Source: Bacteroidota bacterium (GTDB lineage: Bacteria; Bacteroidota; Bacteroidia; UKL13-3). From it: a stretch of DNA of 64,000 nucleotides. Below the pieces are notes generated by a model, which was not told where the DNA came from, searched no databases, and saw only the letters and a list, made by a program, of their open reading frames with translations. The position numbers and the translations under genes are program-made. How positions within the stretch are numbered: the first letter of the stretch is position 1; every line of letters begins with the position of its first letter. The stretch spans positions 172,077 through 236,076 of the forward strand of contig JAZKEF010000011.1 of the NCBI GenBank assembly GCA_040387195.1, given 5' to 3'. Positions 18,132 to 27,174 of the stretch are shown one piece after another.

Positions 18132-19535
18132 TCAATTGCTTTTGTACAATTTTTGGGTGAATTGCTGTGGTGTTGTTATTCCGCTGATGTTTAAAATATA
18201 CAAACCATTTGTTAAATCGGATAGAAGCTGCGTTTGATTGTTTGATACGGTAGATTGTTTCATCAGCTTGCCTTTCATATTATAAATACTGAGCAGGAAA
18301 TCGCCTTCAGGTAATTGTAACGTGATGCACTCTGTTGCCGGATTTGGATATACCGATATGCCTGCAGAAGCATAAGTTTGTCCTAAACCTGTTGTTAAGG
18401 GAATGAGTGTTAAATTTCCATTGGCATCAAATGGATTCGACCAGCGAGCATTGGTGTAAATATCTGTTCCACTTAGGGTTCTTAAAAAGGCAATCAAAGC
18501 ATTTTTTTGATCAGTTGTCAGGTTTAGACTTTGTCCTTGTCCGCCCGGTCTTAGCAGTTTAGGGTCAAGATTGGTGTTTAAGGGAATGGCCGGGATGTTA
18601 TTGTAATGGTTAATTACCTGTAACAAACTTTTAACTTTTCCATTGTGCATAAACGGACCATTGGGAATTCCGTTTGTATTCACCACATCACGCAAGGATG
18701 GTGAACGTGTATTGGTTAAATCAAAAACAGTTGTATCCGTTGCATCTTCAATAATTCCATTGTTAAGTGTGTTCGGAACAATATCAAATTCGGGAGCACT
18801 GTGGCATCCATTGCAACCGGCTCCTCCGTTTCTTGCGGCAGGAGCAGACATAAATAAAATTTTACCTTCATTCTCCTCGGTTGTAAAGTTTGGGAAATCA
18901 ATATTATCACTGGATACCTGTGCACGGCCCGCATCGTATTTCGAGTCGTACGACTGTATGCTGCGGATGAATTGAGCGAGGGCATTCTGTATTTTGGTTT
19001 CGGTAATTTCGGTGCTGCCATATACAAACTGAAACAGCTGTGGGTAATACGAAATGGTTTGCATTTTGCGAATAAGTGAATCCAGACCAGGGTCACCGTT
19101 GGTATTGCTAAAGCCCATTTCTACGTGGTTTTGGATGGGTTGTGTGGTTTGATTTTCCAAACTTGTTGCTCTTTCATCCCAAAAGAATTTTGTTTCATTG
19201 CCAAACCGGGCATTCACCAATCGCATCGAATGCCGGCCGGTTAAGCCTCCGTTGAAACCAACACTGAGGGTGGCTGTATCGCCAAACGCAAACTGCTGTT
19301 GGTGACAGCTTCCGCAGGCAATGGTATTGTTTACCGAAAGTTGTTTGTCATAAAACAATACCCGCCCCAGTGTTGCACCTTTATCGCTAATTCGGTTATT
19401 GCCGGGTGTATTGTTTTTGGTAATATATGCCGGGTGGGTTTGAGATCCATATGCTATAAGGTTGTTTAAATCAATAGTTGCTGCTGTGAGAACCAACAGT
19501 ACTAATGTAGCTAAAATGAGTGGTACTTTTTTCAT
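18132..19535 (-). CDS. Di-haem cytochrome c peroxidase (CCP/MauG family) fused to a type A T9SS C-terminal sorting domain.
   Basis: Two CxxCH motifs (CGSCHQQQFAFGD and CNGCHSAPEFD). CTD ...VYPNPATECITLQLPEGDFLLSIYNMKGKLMKQ...LYILNISGITTPQQFTQKLYKSN. Start trimmed to the internal Met (MKKVPLILATLVLLVL signal peptide), because the track ORF carries a 51-aa N-extension. Confidence 0.8.
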   Translation of the reverse strand: MKKVPLILATLVLLVLTAATIDLNNLIAYGSQTHPAYITKNNTPGNNRISDKGATLGRVLFYDKQLSVNNTIACGSCHQQQFAFGDTATLSVGFNGGLTGRHSMRLVNARFGNETKFFWDERATSLENQTTQPIQNHVEMGFSNTNGDPGLDSLIRKMQTISYYPQLFQFVYGSTEITETKIQNALAQFIRSIQSYDSKYDAGRAQVSSDNIDFPNFTTEENEGKILFMSAPAARNGGAGCNGCHSAPEFDIVPNTLNNGIIEDATDTTVFDLTNTRSPSLRDVVNTNGIPNGPFMHNGKVKSLLQVINHYNNIPAIPLNTNLDPKLLRPGGQGQSLNLTTDQKNALIAFLRTLSGTDIYTNARWSNPFDANGNLTLIPLTTGLGQTYASAGISVYPNPATECITLQLPEGDFLLSIYNMKGKLMKQSTVSNNQTQLLSDLTNGLYILNISGITTPQQFTQKLYKSN

Positions 19536-19686
19536 GGCTAGAGTCGTTTGCTTTTGTGTATTAGAAGTGCTTTTGGGTGAAAACCTTCGTAATGGAGTTA
19601 AATATTTTTTTAGATAACAGATGCTCAGTGCTTTAAAAGAGCGTGTGGCAACAAATCCCTCCGGGCTAAATGCTATCTTCGCGCCC

Positions 19687-21585
19687 ATGAATTATTTGTC
19701 GGTTGAAGGCCTTACTAAGAACTACGGAGAGAAAAACTTATTTAAAAATATAAACTTTGGATTAAGCAAAGGAGAGAAGGTAGCACTAATTGCCAATAAT
19801 GGTGTAGGTAAATCCACCTTACTCAAAATAATAGGAGGAAAAGATACGCCCGATTCAGGCAAAGTATCGTTGCGCAATGGCATCCGGGTTGGTTTTCTGG
19901 ATCAGGAACCTGATTTCGGCATGCACCTTACCATTAACGATTTGATTAATGGAGCCAATTCTAAATTATTATCTGCTATACGTGAATACGAAGATTCTCT
20001 GGAAGCTCAGGGTATTGACTATAACGATGAAACCCACCGCAGGTTTGAGTTGGCCAGCAATAAAATGGAAGAGTTGCAGGCATGGGATTATGAGCGCAGA
20101 CTCACAACCATTCTATCAAAGTTTAATATTACCGATTTAACCCAGCATATTGATTCGTTGAGCGGAGGACAAAAAAAGCGCCTTGCGCTTGCCTTGGTTT
20201 TACTGGATAATCCGGAGTTGATTATCCTGGATGAGCCAACCAATCATTTGGATCTGGATATGATTGAGTGGTTGGAAGAATACCTTACCCAAAGCACACT
20301 AACACTGCTGATGGTTACCCACGACAGGTATTTTCTGGATCGTGTTTGCAATAAAATATTGGAGTTAACGGATGGTAAACTGTTTCGCCATGAAGGGAAT
20401 TATTCCTATTTTCTGGAGAAACGTGATGAGCGTGAAGAGGTATATGATGTGGAGGTTGGCAAGGCCAAACAACTGATGAAAAAAGAGTTGGAGTGGATGC
20501 GCAGAATGCCCAAAGCACGTGGAACAAAATCGAAGGCCCGTATTGATTCGTTTTACGAGATACAGGATAAAGCCAATAGCCGCAGAAAAAAACAGGAACT
20601 CAAACTGGAGGTACGCATGAGCAGGATTGGTGGAAACATTCTCGACCTGAAAAAGGTGCGCAAGAGTTATGGCGACAAATTGATTTTGGATGGATTTGAG
20701 TATTCGTTTAAAAAGGGTGAACGTATTGGTATTATTGGTAAAAATGGAGTGGGTAAAACAAGCTTCCTCAATATTATTACCCAAATTGAACAACCCGATA
20801 GTGGGAAAATAAATGTGGGAGATACAATTGTGTATGGTTATTACTCGCAAAAAGGAATTGTATTAAAAGAAGATCAAAGGGTAATTGATGTGGTAAAAGA
20901 TATTGCCGATGTGATCATCCTTGGTGATGGAACGGCACTACCGGCATCACAATTTTTAACGCACTTTTTGTTTCCACCCGAAATGCAGTATACCTATGTT
21001 TCGAAGTTAAGTGGGGGTGAACGCAGGCGCTTGTATTTATTAACAGTGCTGATTAAAAATCCTAATTTTTTAATTTTGGATGAGCCTACCAATGACCTCG
21101 ATTTATTAACCCTGAATAAACTTGAAGATTTTCTGCAGGCCTTTGGTGGATGTTTACTGGTAGTGAGCCACGACAGGTATTTTATGGATAAGCTGGTTGA
21201 TCACTTGTTTGTGTTTGAGGGAGATGGAAAAGTACGTGATTACAATGGAACTTACAGCGAATACCGTGAGGAAGAAGATGAAAAGGAGATGCTTGCCGAA
21301 GCTGAACGCAAAGCGTTGTTACAAAAGAAAGTTGAACCGGTAAAACCGAAACCTGCTGTAGAGGCCAGACGTAAAATGACGTTTAAGGAAAAACAGGAAT
21401 TTGAAAACCTGGAAAAAGAAATAGCCGACCTGGAGGCTGAAAAGGCTGAATTGGAAAAAAGTTTATCAGATGTTTCATTAGGACATGAAGAGATTGTGAA
21501 ACTTGCAGGTCGCTTTGAAAAAGTGAAAGAGGGCATTGATGAAAAATCACTGAGATGGATTGAGTTGAGTGAGCTTGAAGGGTAG
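19687..21585 (+). CDS. ABC-F family ATPase (Uup/YbiT/EttA-like), with no membrane domain.
   Basis: Two ABC cassettes with Walker A GNNGVGKST/GKNGVGKTS and signatures LSGGQKKRLAL/LSGGERRRLYL. C-terminal K/E-rich coiled coil. Start placed at MNYLSVEGL; the track ORF begins 22 codons earlier. Confidence 0.85.
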   Translation: MNYLSVEGLTKNYGEKNLFKNINFGLSKGEKVALIANNGVGKSTLLKIIGGKDTPDSGKVSLRNGIRVGFLDQEPDFGMHLTINDLINGANSKLLSAIREYEDSLEAQGIDYNDETHRRFELASNKMEELQAWDYERRLTTILSKFNITDLTQHIDSLSGGQKKRLALALVLLDNPELIILDEPTNHLDLDMIEWLEEYLTQSTLTLLMVTHDRYFLDRVCNKILELTDGKLFRHEGNYSYFLEKRDEREEVYDVEVGKAKQLMKKELEWMRRMPKARGTKSKARIDSFYEIQDKANSRRKKQELKLEVRMSRIGGNILDLKKVRKSYGDKLILDGFEYSFKKGERIGIIGKNGVGKTSFLNIITQIEQPDSGKINVGDTIVYGYYSQKGIVLKEDQRVIDVVKDIADVIILGDGTALPASQFLTHFLFPPEMQYTYVSKLSGGERRRLYLLTVLIKNPNFLILDEPTNDLDLLTLNKLEDFLQAFGGCLLVVSHDRYFMDKLVDHLFVFEGDGKVRDYNGTYSEYREEEDEKEMLAEAERKALLQKKVEPVKPKPAVEARRKMTFKEKQEFENLEKEIADLEAEKAELEKSLSDVSLGHEEIVKLAGRFEKVKEGIDEKSLRWIELSELEG

Positions 21586-21867
21586 CGAAGCAACCATCAA
21601 TTGTGATTTTTTTGTTAGGTGGATATTGATCGTATTTTCATTGCCTTAGGTATTTATATCGTTTTGAGCTAGTTAACTTTTTGTTTCTGTTACGGGGTCT
21701 TAAATTGATTGTAAAGTAATTGTCTGAATCCATTTCTACTGTAGTTTCCATACCTGAATTGTTACTTTCGCGCCTGCTATGGAGAGATTGGAGAACCAGA
21801 TTAATCAATCATATCTCTTGATAAATACAAATAAATCCAACACAAACCCTAAACTAATTACTTATTT

Positions 21868-22318
21868 ATGATGAAAATGAAAACATTAATCGCAGCAGTA
21901 TTATGTGTGGTAACTTTTGCAGCAGTTGCCCAAGGCCCAATAGGTAAAGGACAAAATCAACTCAATCTTGGAGTCGGACTATCTTCATGGGGTATTCCTG
22001 TATATATTGGTTTTGATCATGGTGTACATAAAGATGTAACAATTGGAGGAGAGTTTTCATTTCTCATTTAACGGAAATTATCATTTTAATACCCTCCTTA
22101 AAATACCCAGAAGCTGGGATTTGTATGCCGGGTTAAATTTAGGTTTTTATGTTTGGAACTCATCTCGGGATTATCCGGGCAACCGCGCATCGGGTTTAGG
22201 TTTAGGGGCGCAGGTTGGTGCACGTTATTTTCTGAGCAACAAAGTTGGTTTGAATCTTGAACTGGGAGGTGGTAATGCCTTCTCAGGGGGGAAATTTGGG
22301 GTAACTATCAAATTGTAA
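21868..22318 (+). pseudogene. Small outer-membrane beta-barrel (OmpW/porin-like) gene of about 150 aa, split by a +1 frameshift in a T4 run.
   Basis: ORF 21868-22071 (signal peptide plus Gly/aromatic beta strands) stops at 22069-71. ORF 22043-22318 continues the same beta-barrel pattern but 'starts' at a TTG. Removing one T from tttt at 22054-22057 fuses them to give ...GGEFHFSFNGNYHF.... Confidence 0.6.
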
Positions 22319-22322
22319 CCAA

Positions 22323-22648
22323 ATGCACCTCTTGTTTATATGCAGCCGTAACCAATGGCGAAGCCCAACAGCTGAAACGATTTATAAACAAGTGCAACAC
22401 CTTGAGGTGAAATCGGCCAGAACAGAACCATCAGCCCGCACAAGGGTTTCGGCAAAACTTATTGACTGGCCGACATGATTTTTGTGATGGAGAAAAAACA
22501 CAAACAACGGTTATTGGAGAAGTTTCCGGATAATCTCTTTAATAAGCGGGTTCATGTTTTGGATATTCCCGATGAGTATGGTTACATGGATGAAGAACTG
22601 ATTGAGCATATCAGAGTTACAGTTGATGCCATTCTTTACAGAGATTAG
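22323..22648 (+). pseudogene. Low-molecular-weight phosphotyrosine protein phosphatase family gene split by a -1 frameshift (a G missing in a GG run). Not in the ORF track because each piece is under 60 aa.
   Basis: Frame 1 gives MHLLFICSRNQWRSPTAETIYK..., carrying the CX5R(S) P-loop, and ends ...SAKLIDWPT* at 22476-78. Frame 3 from ATG 22475 gives MIFVMEKKHKQRLLEKFPDNLFNKRVHVLDIPDEYG..., matching the LMW-PTP C-terminal half (DhlhhMd...DIPDP). Inserting G after tgg at 22469 gives ...LIDWADMIFVME.... No extra Cys, so it is not an ArsC. Confidence 0.6.
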
Positions 22649-22758
22649 CGGCAGAAATATTTCTTCGATCTGTTTTTTTTATTATAATTGATAGACGATT
22701 AACCCTTTGTGAACAGCAAAAGAGGGTTAGTGTTAAGTCATAATAAAAGAATTAACAT

Positions 22759-23526
22759 ATGAGAGAAGCAATTGTGTTGATGATAGCAGGTGTAGCTATC
22801 GCTATTCTTACGCTTGTTAAACCAAATTTTTTCTGGAACCGCAGAAAAGCACTCTTTGTAAGAGGAATATTAGGTGATGCAGGTACAACCATTTTATATT
22901 TACTGATTGCCATGGGCATGTTAGGATTTGGTGTGTATACCTACATGAAATTGAATGACGGAAAAGAATTGGATGAAATATCCACAATATACCTGGACGG
23001 CAAAGTAGAGGAGGCCCAAAAAAGATTGTTGGTATATACGAACGACCACTCCTCCGATTGTTTGGCCTGGACGATTTTGGGGCATACCTATCTGGATCAG
23101 GAGAAGTTTGATGAAGCCATTAAATCATATCAAAAGGGAATTGAAGCAGACAAAAATGCTTTTGAACCATACTCGGGACTCGGATTGGTGTATGCCAAAA
23201 TGGGGGAGTATGAAAAAGCGAAGGATGCATATGAAAAAGCCAATACCATAAGTCCGAATCAGGGCAGTGTGATTGGTAATCTGGCATCTTTGTATGATGA
23301 CTTGCAGGATATAAAGAAATCAATTGAGTATGGCAAAAAATCCATTCAACTCGATTCAACGGATGCCACACTGTTTGCAAACCTATCCATATATTATAAC
23401 AAAGCAGGGTTAATGAATGAGCGTGATGTTATGTTTAACAAGGCAAAAGAGCTTGGGTATGAAGATATGCAATCTGTTACAGATGCATATGCCCTGTATA
23501 ATGACACATTAAATGTAGCCGAGTAG
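22759..23526 (+). CDS. Membrane-anchored tetratricopeptide (TPR) repeat protein.
   Basis: Two N-terminal TM helices, then TPR units (HTYLDQEKFDEAIKSYQKGIEAD..., AYEKANTISPNQ...). Confidence 0.7.
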   Translation: MREAIVLMIAGVAIAILTLVKPNFFWNRRKALFVRGILGDAGTTILYLLIAMGMLGFGVYTYMKLNDGKELDEISTIYLDGKVEEAQKRLLVYTNDHSSDCLAWTILGHTYLDQEKFDEAIKSYQKGIEADKNAFEPYSGLGLVYAKMGEYEKAKDAYEKANTISPNQGSVIGNLASLYDDLQDIKKSIEYGKKSIQLDSTDATLFANLSIYYNKAGLMNERDVMFNKAKELGYEDMQSVTDAYALYNDTLNVAE

Positions 23527-23536
23527 GAGTGTTACA

Positions 23537-23626
23537 ATGAAACCGGTCACGAAAGTATTAGTTGCTATTCTTGGACTAACAGCGCTTGTTCCCATCAAGT
23601 TGGGACTTATGTGTTTAGTTAGCTGA
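23537..23626 (+). CDS. Possible 29-aa hydrophobic micro-protein.
   Basis: MKPVTKVLVAILGLTALVPIKLGLMCLVS. The ATG has a purine-rich leader. No homology evidence. Confidence 0.2.
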   Translation: MKPVTKVLVAILGLTALVPIKLGLMCLVS

Positions 23627-23630
23627 ACAG

Positions 23631-23867
23631 ATGCACTTACATTTTTTAATTTACCGGTATTGGATGCAGGAGCAGAAAAACTGGGAAAAAGAAGGTTTTG
23701 TTCTTTCCACACTTGTGGGTGCCATTTTTATTGTACGCGGTATATGCACACTCATACTGTTGGAACATACGTTCAATGATCTGAGAATAAGCATAGCTCC
23801 AATTGTTATGGGTATGCTTATTGTGATAGTATCAATAGTTGCAGGTAAAAAACAAAAGCTGCTGTAA
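23631..23867 (+). CDS. Small membrane protein, 78 aa, hypothetical.
   Basis: Two predicted TM helices. No motif. Confidence 0.3.
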   Translation: MHLHFLIYRYWMQEQKNWEKEGFVLSTLVGAIFIVRGICTLILLEHTFNDLRISIAPIVMGMLIVIVSIVAGKKQKLL

Positions 23868-23880
23868 CAGTGTGTTAATT

Positions 23881-26800
23881 CTATTGTTCAAATTCAATCA
23901 CGAACTCTGTCCATTGATTGACTTCACTTGTAACCGATATCCGGCCACCCAATGTTTCCAGTTGGGTTTTAACCATAAATAAACCTAAACCTTTACCCTC
24001 TGCATGAAGGTGGAAGCGCTTATACAGGCCGAACAGATTTTCTCCATGTTTTTCAAGGTCAATACCTAAACCATTATCCCTGAATCTAAGCTTCAATCCT
24101 GTAGGAGTTGTTTCTGAACGTATTGATACTTTTAAACCGATTTCGGGTCTGCGGTATTTAATACTGTTGTATATAAGGTTGTAAAAAATGCTGTGGATAT
24201 AAGGTTTTATAGAGTGCATTTCGGCTGCAGCCGAAAAGTCAGATTCAATCAGTATATCCTGATGGGCGATCACATTTTCGATGCTGAGTGTGATATCACG
24301 TAGGATGGTTTTAAATGAAACCAGCTCTTTGTTTTCAAAAACCATGTTACGTACCTGCAGTATTTCATTCATATCCATAATTACCTCATCGAGTTTTTGG
24401 GCGGCCGTTAACAATGCATCCATCACTTCAGGTAAATCCTTGGCATCAATGTATTCGAGCTTTACCAGCTCGCACAAGCCAAGTATATTGGCAACAGGGG
24501 CTCTTAGGTTATGGGAAACGATATATGAAAATTGGTCAATGTTTTTATTGCGCTCAGTGAGATCTTGGGTTACTTTTTCGCGCTCCTGTTCCACCAGTTT
24601 TCGTTCGGTTATATTCTCGTACGATACCACAATCATTTCTTCCCCGCTTTTAAATTTCACCACGTTCATGGCATACCAATAAGATTCTTTCATTCCCTCA
24701 AGAGGGTATTCAAGGTAAAACAAGGGGATCACTCCACTTAAAACATCCTTCATTCCCTGCAACACGGTTGTGGCTATTTTATCACCGCTGTCGATTGCTT
24801 TTTTACAAACATCAAAGTAATTGGTGCCGGTTGCGGTGCGAGCCAGTGTTGTTTCGCCATGTTCCAATGCAAAATTATTCCACGCATGATTGGATTCAAT
24901 TATTTCACCGTTGTGGTTTAATACAGCAATGTGTGAACTTAATGAACGCAGAATTCCTTTGTTGAAAGCTTCACTGGCTGCAAGTTTAATTTCAGCTTTT
25001 TTGCGTTGGTCAATATCCTGAAAACTTCCAAGTAGTTTGATACACTTACCATCTTTAAATTCGGCCTCACCAATGGTTCGAACCCACCGTTCATTATTTT
25101 TGAGTGTAATAATAGGATACTCCTCATCCCATGATTGGCCTGTTTCGAGAGCTGCCGTAATTTTCTCCATCATTTTTACCCTGGAGTCCCCGGCTTTATA
25201 AAATTGCAGTCGCGATTCAAGAGTAGGTGTGTAGTTTGGCTCTGCTTCAAATATTTCCTTTGTGATATCGCTCCAATACATTGTTTCTTTAATAATATCC
25301 ACTTCCCATCCACCAATCCTGGCAAGCGAGTTGGCCTTAATAATAAGCTCTTCCAACCTTCTTCTTTGGGTAAGGTCAATGCCCACACCAATCAAATAAT
25401 CAATGTTGTTAAAACGAATACGATGACCGTTAAAATAGTAAGGAATCCTTTTTTTATCTTTGGTGAAAAAATGTGCTTCCACATCGGAATGTCCCTCTTC
25501 AAAAACCCGGTCAATTTTTTCTTGCAGGAGTTTCTGTTCATCGATATCAAAAAAATCAAGCGGTTTCATGTGCTGTACCTCTTCTGACGCGTAACCTGAA
25601 ACCGATTCAAAGTTCTTGTTCCACCTCAGGAATTCGCCATTACGGTTATACAAATAAAATACTCCGGGCAAGCTGTTGATAATGGATTCTGATAATGTTT
25701 TTTCGATAAGTATCCGCTGTTCTGCTTTTTTATGCAGGCTTATGTCCCGGTAAAATATGGTGATACCATCCAGTGAAGGATAAACCTTTACAGAGAACCA
25801 GGTATCGAGAGGAGCATAATAGTCTTCAAATTCAACCGGCTTATTCGTGTTCATCGCCTCGTGGTACTTATCCCAAAAGATGGTTTGTTTAAGCCCCGGG
25901 TGAACCTCCCAGATTATTTTCCCTACAGTAGCATCCCGTCCTTGCGGATGCTGCAATAATGCTACATCGTTTAAATAAGTGTAACGCCAATTACGGTCGA
26001 GCGAAACAACAGCATCGCTCACTCTTGCAAGGGTTGTGGTAATCTGGTGTTCGGCTGAAATAATTTGTTCGGCCTTTTCCTTTACCAGTTTGTCGAGAAT
26101 GGTAGGTTGTGTAGCCATAAACCAGCAAAACAATCCTGCAATGCAGGCAAAGACGAATCCTAAAAGGGAGAGGGGGGTTACACTCAGTAAGGTACTTTGC
26201 TTTTTAAGTTTTACATAAATGGTCCAATCTCCGTCAGGTATATGAACCGAAACTGTTTCATCCGGTGATAAATGGATTTCGTTAGGCAGGAAGAATTCCG
26301 GTTGGTTCGTGTTCGGATTTATCTTTGATACCTGATAAATAAAACGGCTCTTATTGGTTGAGTCTATTTCAATGGCTTTAAAAAGGGTTGAAATCCTTAC
26401 CACCACACAGGAAAATCCCCAGAACTTATGGTCGATAAATATAGGAAGTCGGCCTACTATACCAACCCCACCTTGCTTTAGGTTGATGGGGCCTGCAAAA
26501 AATAATTCTTCCTTTTCGATGGCTGTCAGAGCCTCTTTATTTCGGGTGGGATCAGCAAGGACATCATAACCAATCACCGCCTCATTTCCTTTCAATGGAT
26601 ATACATGGGTAATAACCCCTTTTTGATTAAGCTGAATAACGTCAATGTTTTTGTTACTGCTTAAAATTGTTTGGGCAATATTGTCGAAATCGGTTGGGAT
26701 GCCATATTTTCTAACAATAAAGGCCAGGGTTTGGGTTGCAGCCAGGTTATTGCTCAATACAACCTGGAGCCGGTCTTTAATGGAATGAAGTTCTTTAATG

Positions 26801-26940
26801 GTTTCCTTTTGTTCGGATTTACGGGTAATTAAGTAATCCTGAAACACCAGGTATTGAGTTAAACTAGCCACAATGATAAACACAGCAAAGCCAAACAGAA
26901 AAGGCCGTTTAATATGCAAGATGCTGGTAAAACGTTTCAT
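23881..26940 (-). CDS. Multi-sensor histidine kinase with a periplasmic CHASE-like domain, TM segment, about 4 PAS/PAC domains, HisKA and HATPase_c. No receiver domain.
   Basis: H-box FSYIVSHNLRAPVANILG, G-boxes DNGLGID...GKGLGL, and several PAS signatures. About 270 aa of periplasmic sequence lie between TM1 and TM2. Confidence 0.8.
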   Translation of the reverse strand: MKRFTSILHIKRPFLFGFAVFIIVASLTQYLVFQDYLITRKSEQKETIKELHSIKDRLQVVLSNNLAATQTLAFIVRKYGIPTDFDNIAQTILSSNKNIDVIQLNQKGVITHVYPLKGNEAVIGYDVLADPTRNKEALTAIEKEELFFAGPINLKQGGVGIVGRLPIFIDHKFWGFSCVVVRISTLFKAIEIDSTNKSRFIYQVSKINPNTNQPEFFLPNEIHLSPDETVSVHIPDGDWTIYVKLKKQSTLLSVTPLSLLGFVFACIAGLFCWFMATQPTILDKLVKEKAEQIISAEHQITTTLARVSDAVVSLDRNWRYTYLNDVALLQHPQGRDATVGKIIWEVHPGLKQTIFWDKYHEAMNTNKPVEFEDYYAPLDTWFSVKVYPSLDGITIFYRDISLHKKAEQRILIEKTLSESIINSLPGVFYLYNRNGEFLRWNKNFESVSGYASEEVQHMKPLDFFDIDEQKLLQEKIDRVFEEGHSDVEAHFFTKDKKRIPYYFNGHRIRFNNIDYLIGVGIDLTQRRRLEELIIKANSLARIGGWEVDIIKETMYWSDITKEIFEAEPNYTPTLESRLQFYKAGDSRVKMMEKITAALETGQSWDEEYPIITLKNNERWVRTIGEAEFKDGKCIKLLGSFQDIDQRKKAEIKLAASEAFNKGILRSLSSHIAVLNHNGEIIESNHAWNNFALEHGETTLARTATGTNYFDVCKKAIDSGDKIATTVLQGMKDVLSGVIPLFYLEYPLEGMKESYWYAMNVVKFKSGEEMIVVSYENITERKLVEQEREKVTQDLTERNKNIDQFSYIVSHNLRAPVANILGLCELVKLEYIDAKDLPEVMDALLTAAQKLDEVIMDMNEILQVRNMVFENKELVSFKTILRDITLSIENVIAHQDILIESDFSAAAEMHSIKPYIHSIFYNLIYNSIKYRRPEIGLKVSIRSETTPTGLKLRFRDNGLGIDLEKHGENLFGLYKRFHLHAEGKGLGLFMVKTQLETLGGRISVTSEVNQWTEFVIEFEQ

Positions 26941-27174
26941 GGCTGTATCAATGTTAGTGTTCGGTAAAAATGCAACGAATCGCTTTTCTACTGTGTTGAA
27001 CCATTGTCTATTCGAAAGTAGTGTTTTTTTCGAGATTGCTAGACCTAATATTTATGCCCCTGGGTTGTTATTCTTTTCGGAAATTTGTTATGCAGAATAA
27101 GAGGTGACCAAAGATTATTTGGTGCACGTTTATTCAGTATATTCTATACTTTGCAACAAAGCAATAATACATTG

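Noticed and set aside
19536-19688. 51-aa N-terminal extension of the cytochrome c peroxidase ORF, and the 22-codon extension of the ABC-F ORF from 19621.
   Set aside because: An internal Met gives a canonical signal peptide (MKKVPLILATLVLL) for the CCP and a conserved ABC-F start (MNYLSVEGL). The extensions are probably non-coding divergent-promoter DNA.
22043-22318. Track ORF presented as an independent 91-aa gene beginning with M.
   Set aside because: Its first codon is TTG. The sequence continues the beta-barrel of the upstream ORF after a 1-nt frameshift, so it is treated as part of one frameshifted gene.
22323-22648. Frameshifted phosphatase considered as an LMW-type arsenate reductase (ArsC).
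   Set aside because: The C-terminal half has no cysteines, so the Cys82/Cys89 relay is absent. This favours a phosphotyrosine phosphatase over ArsC.
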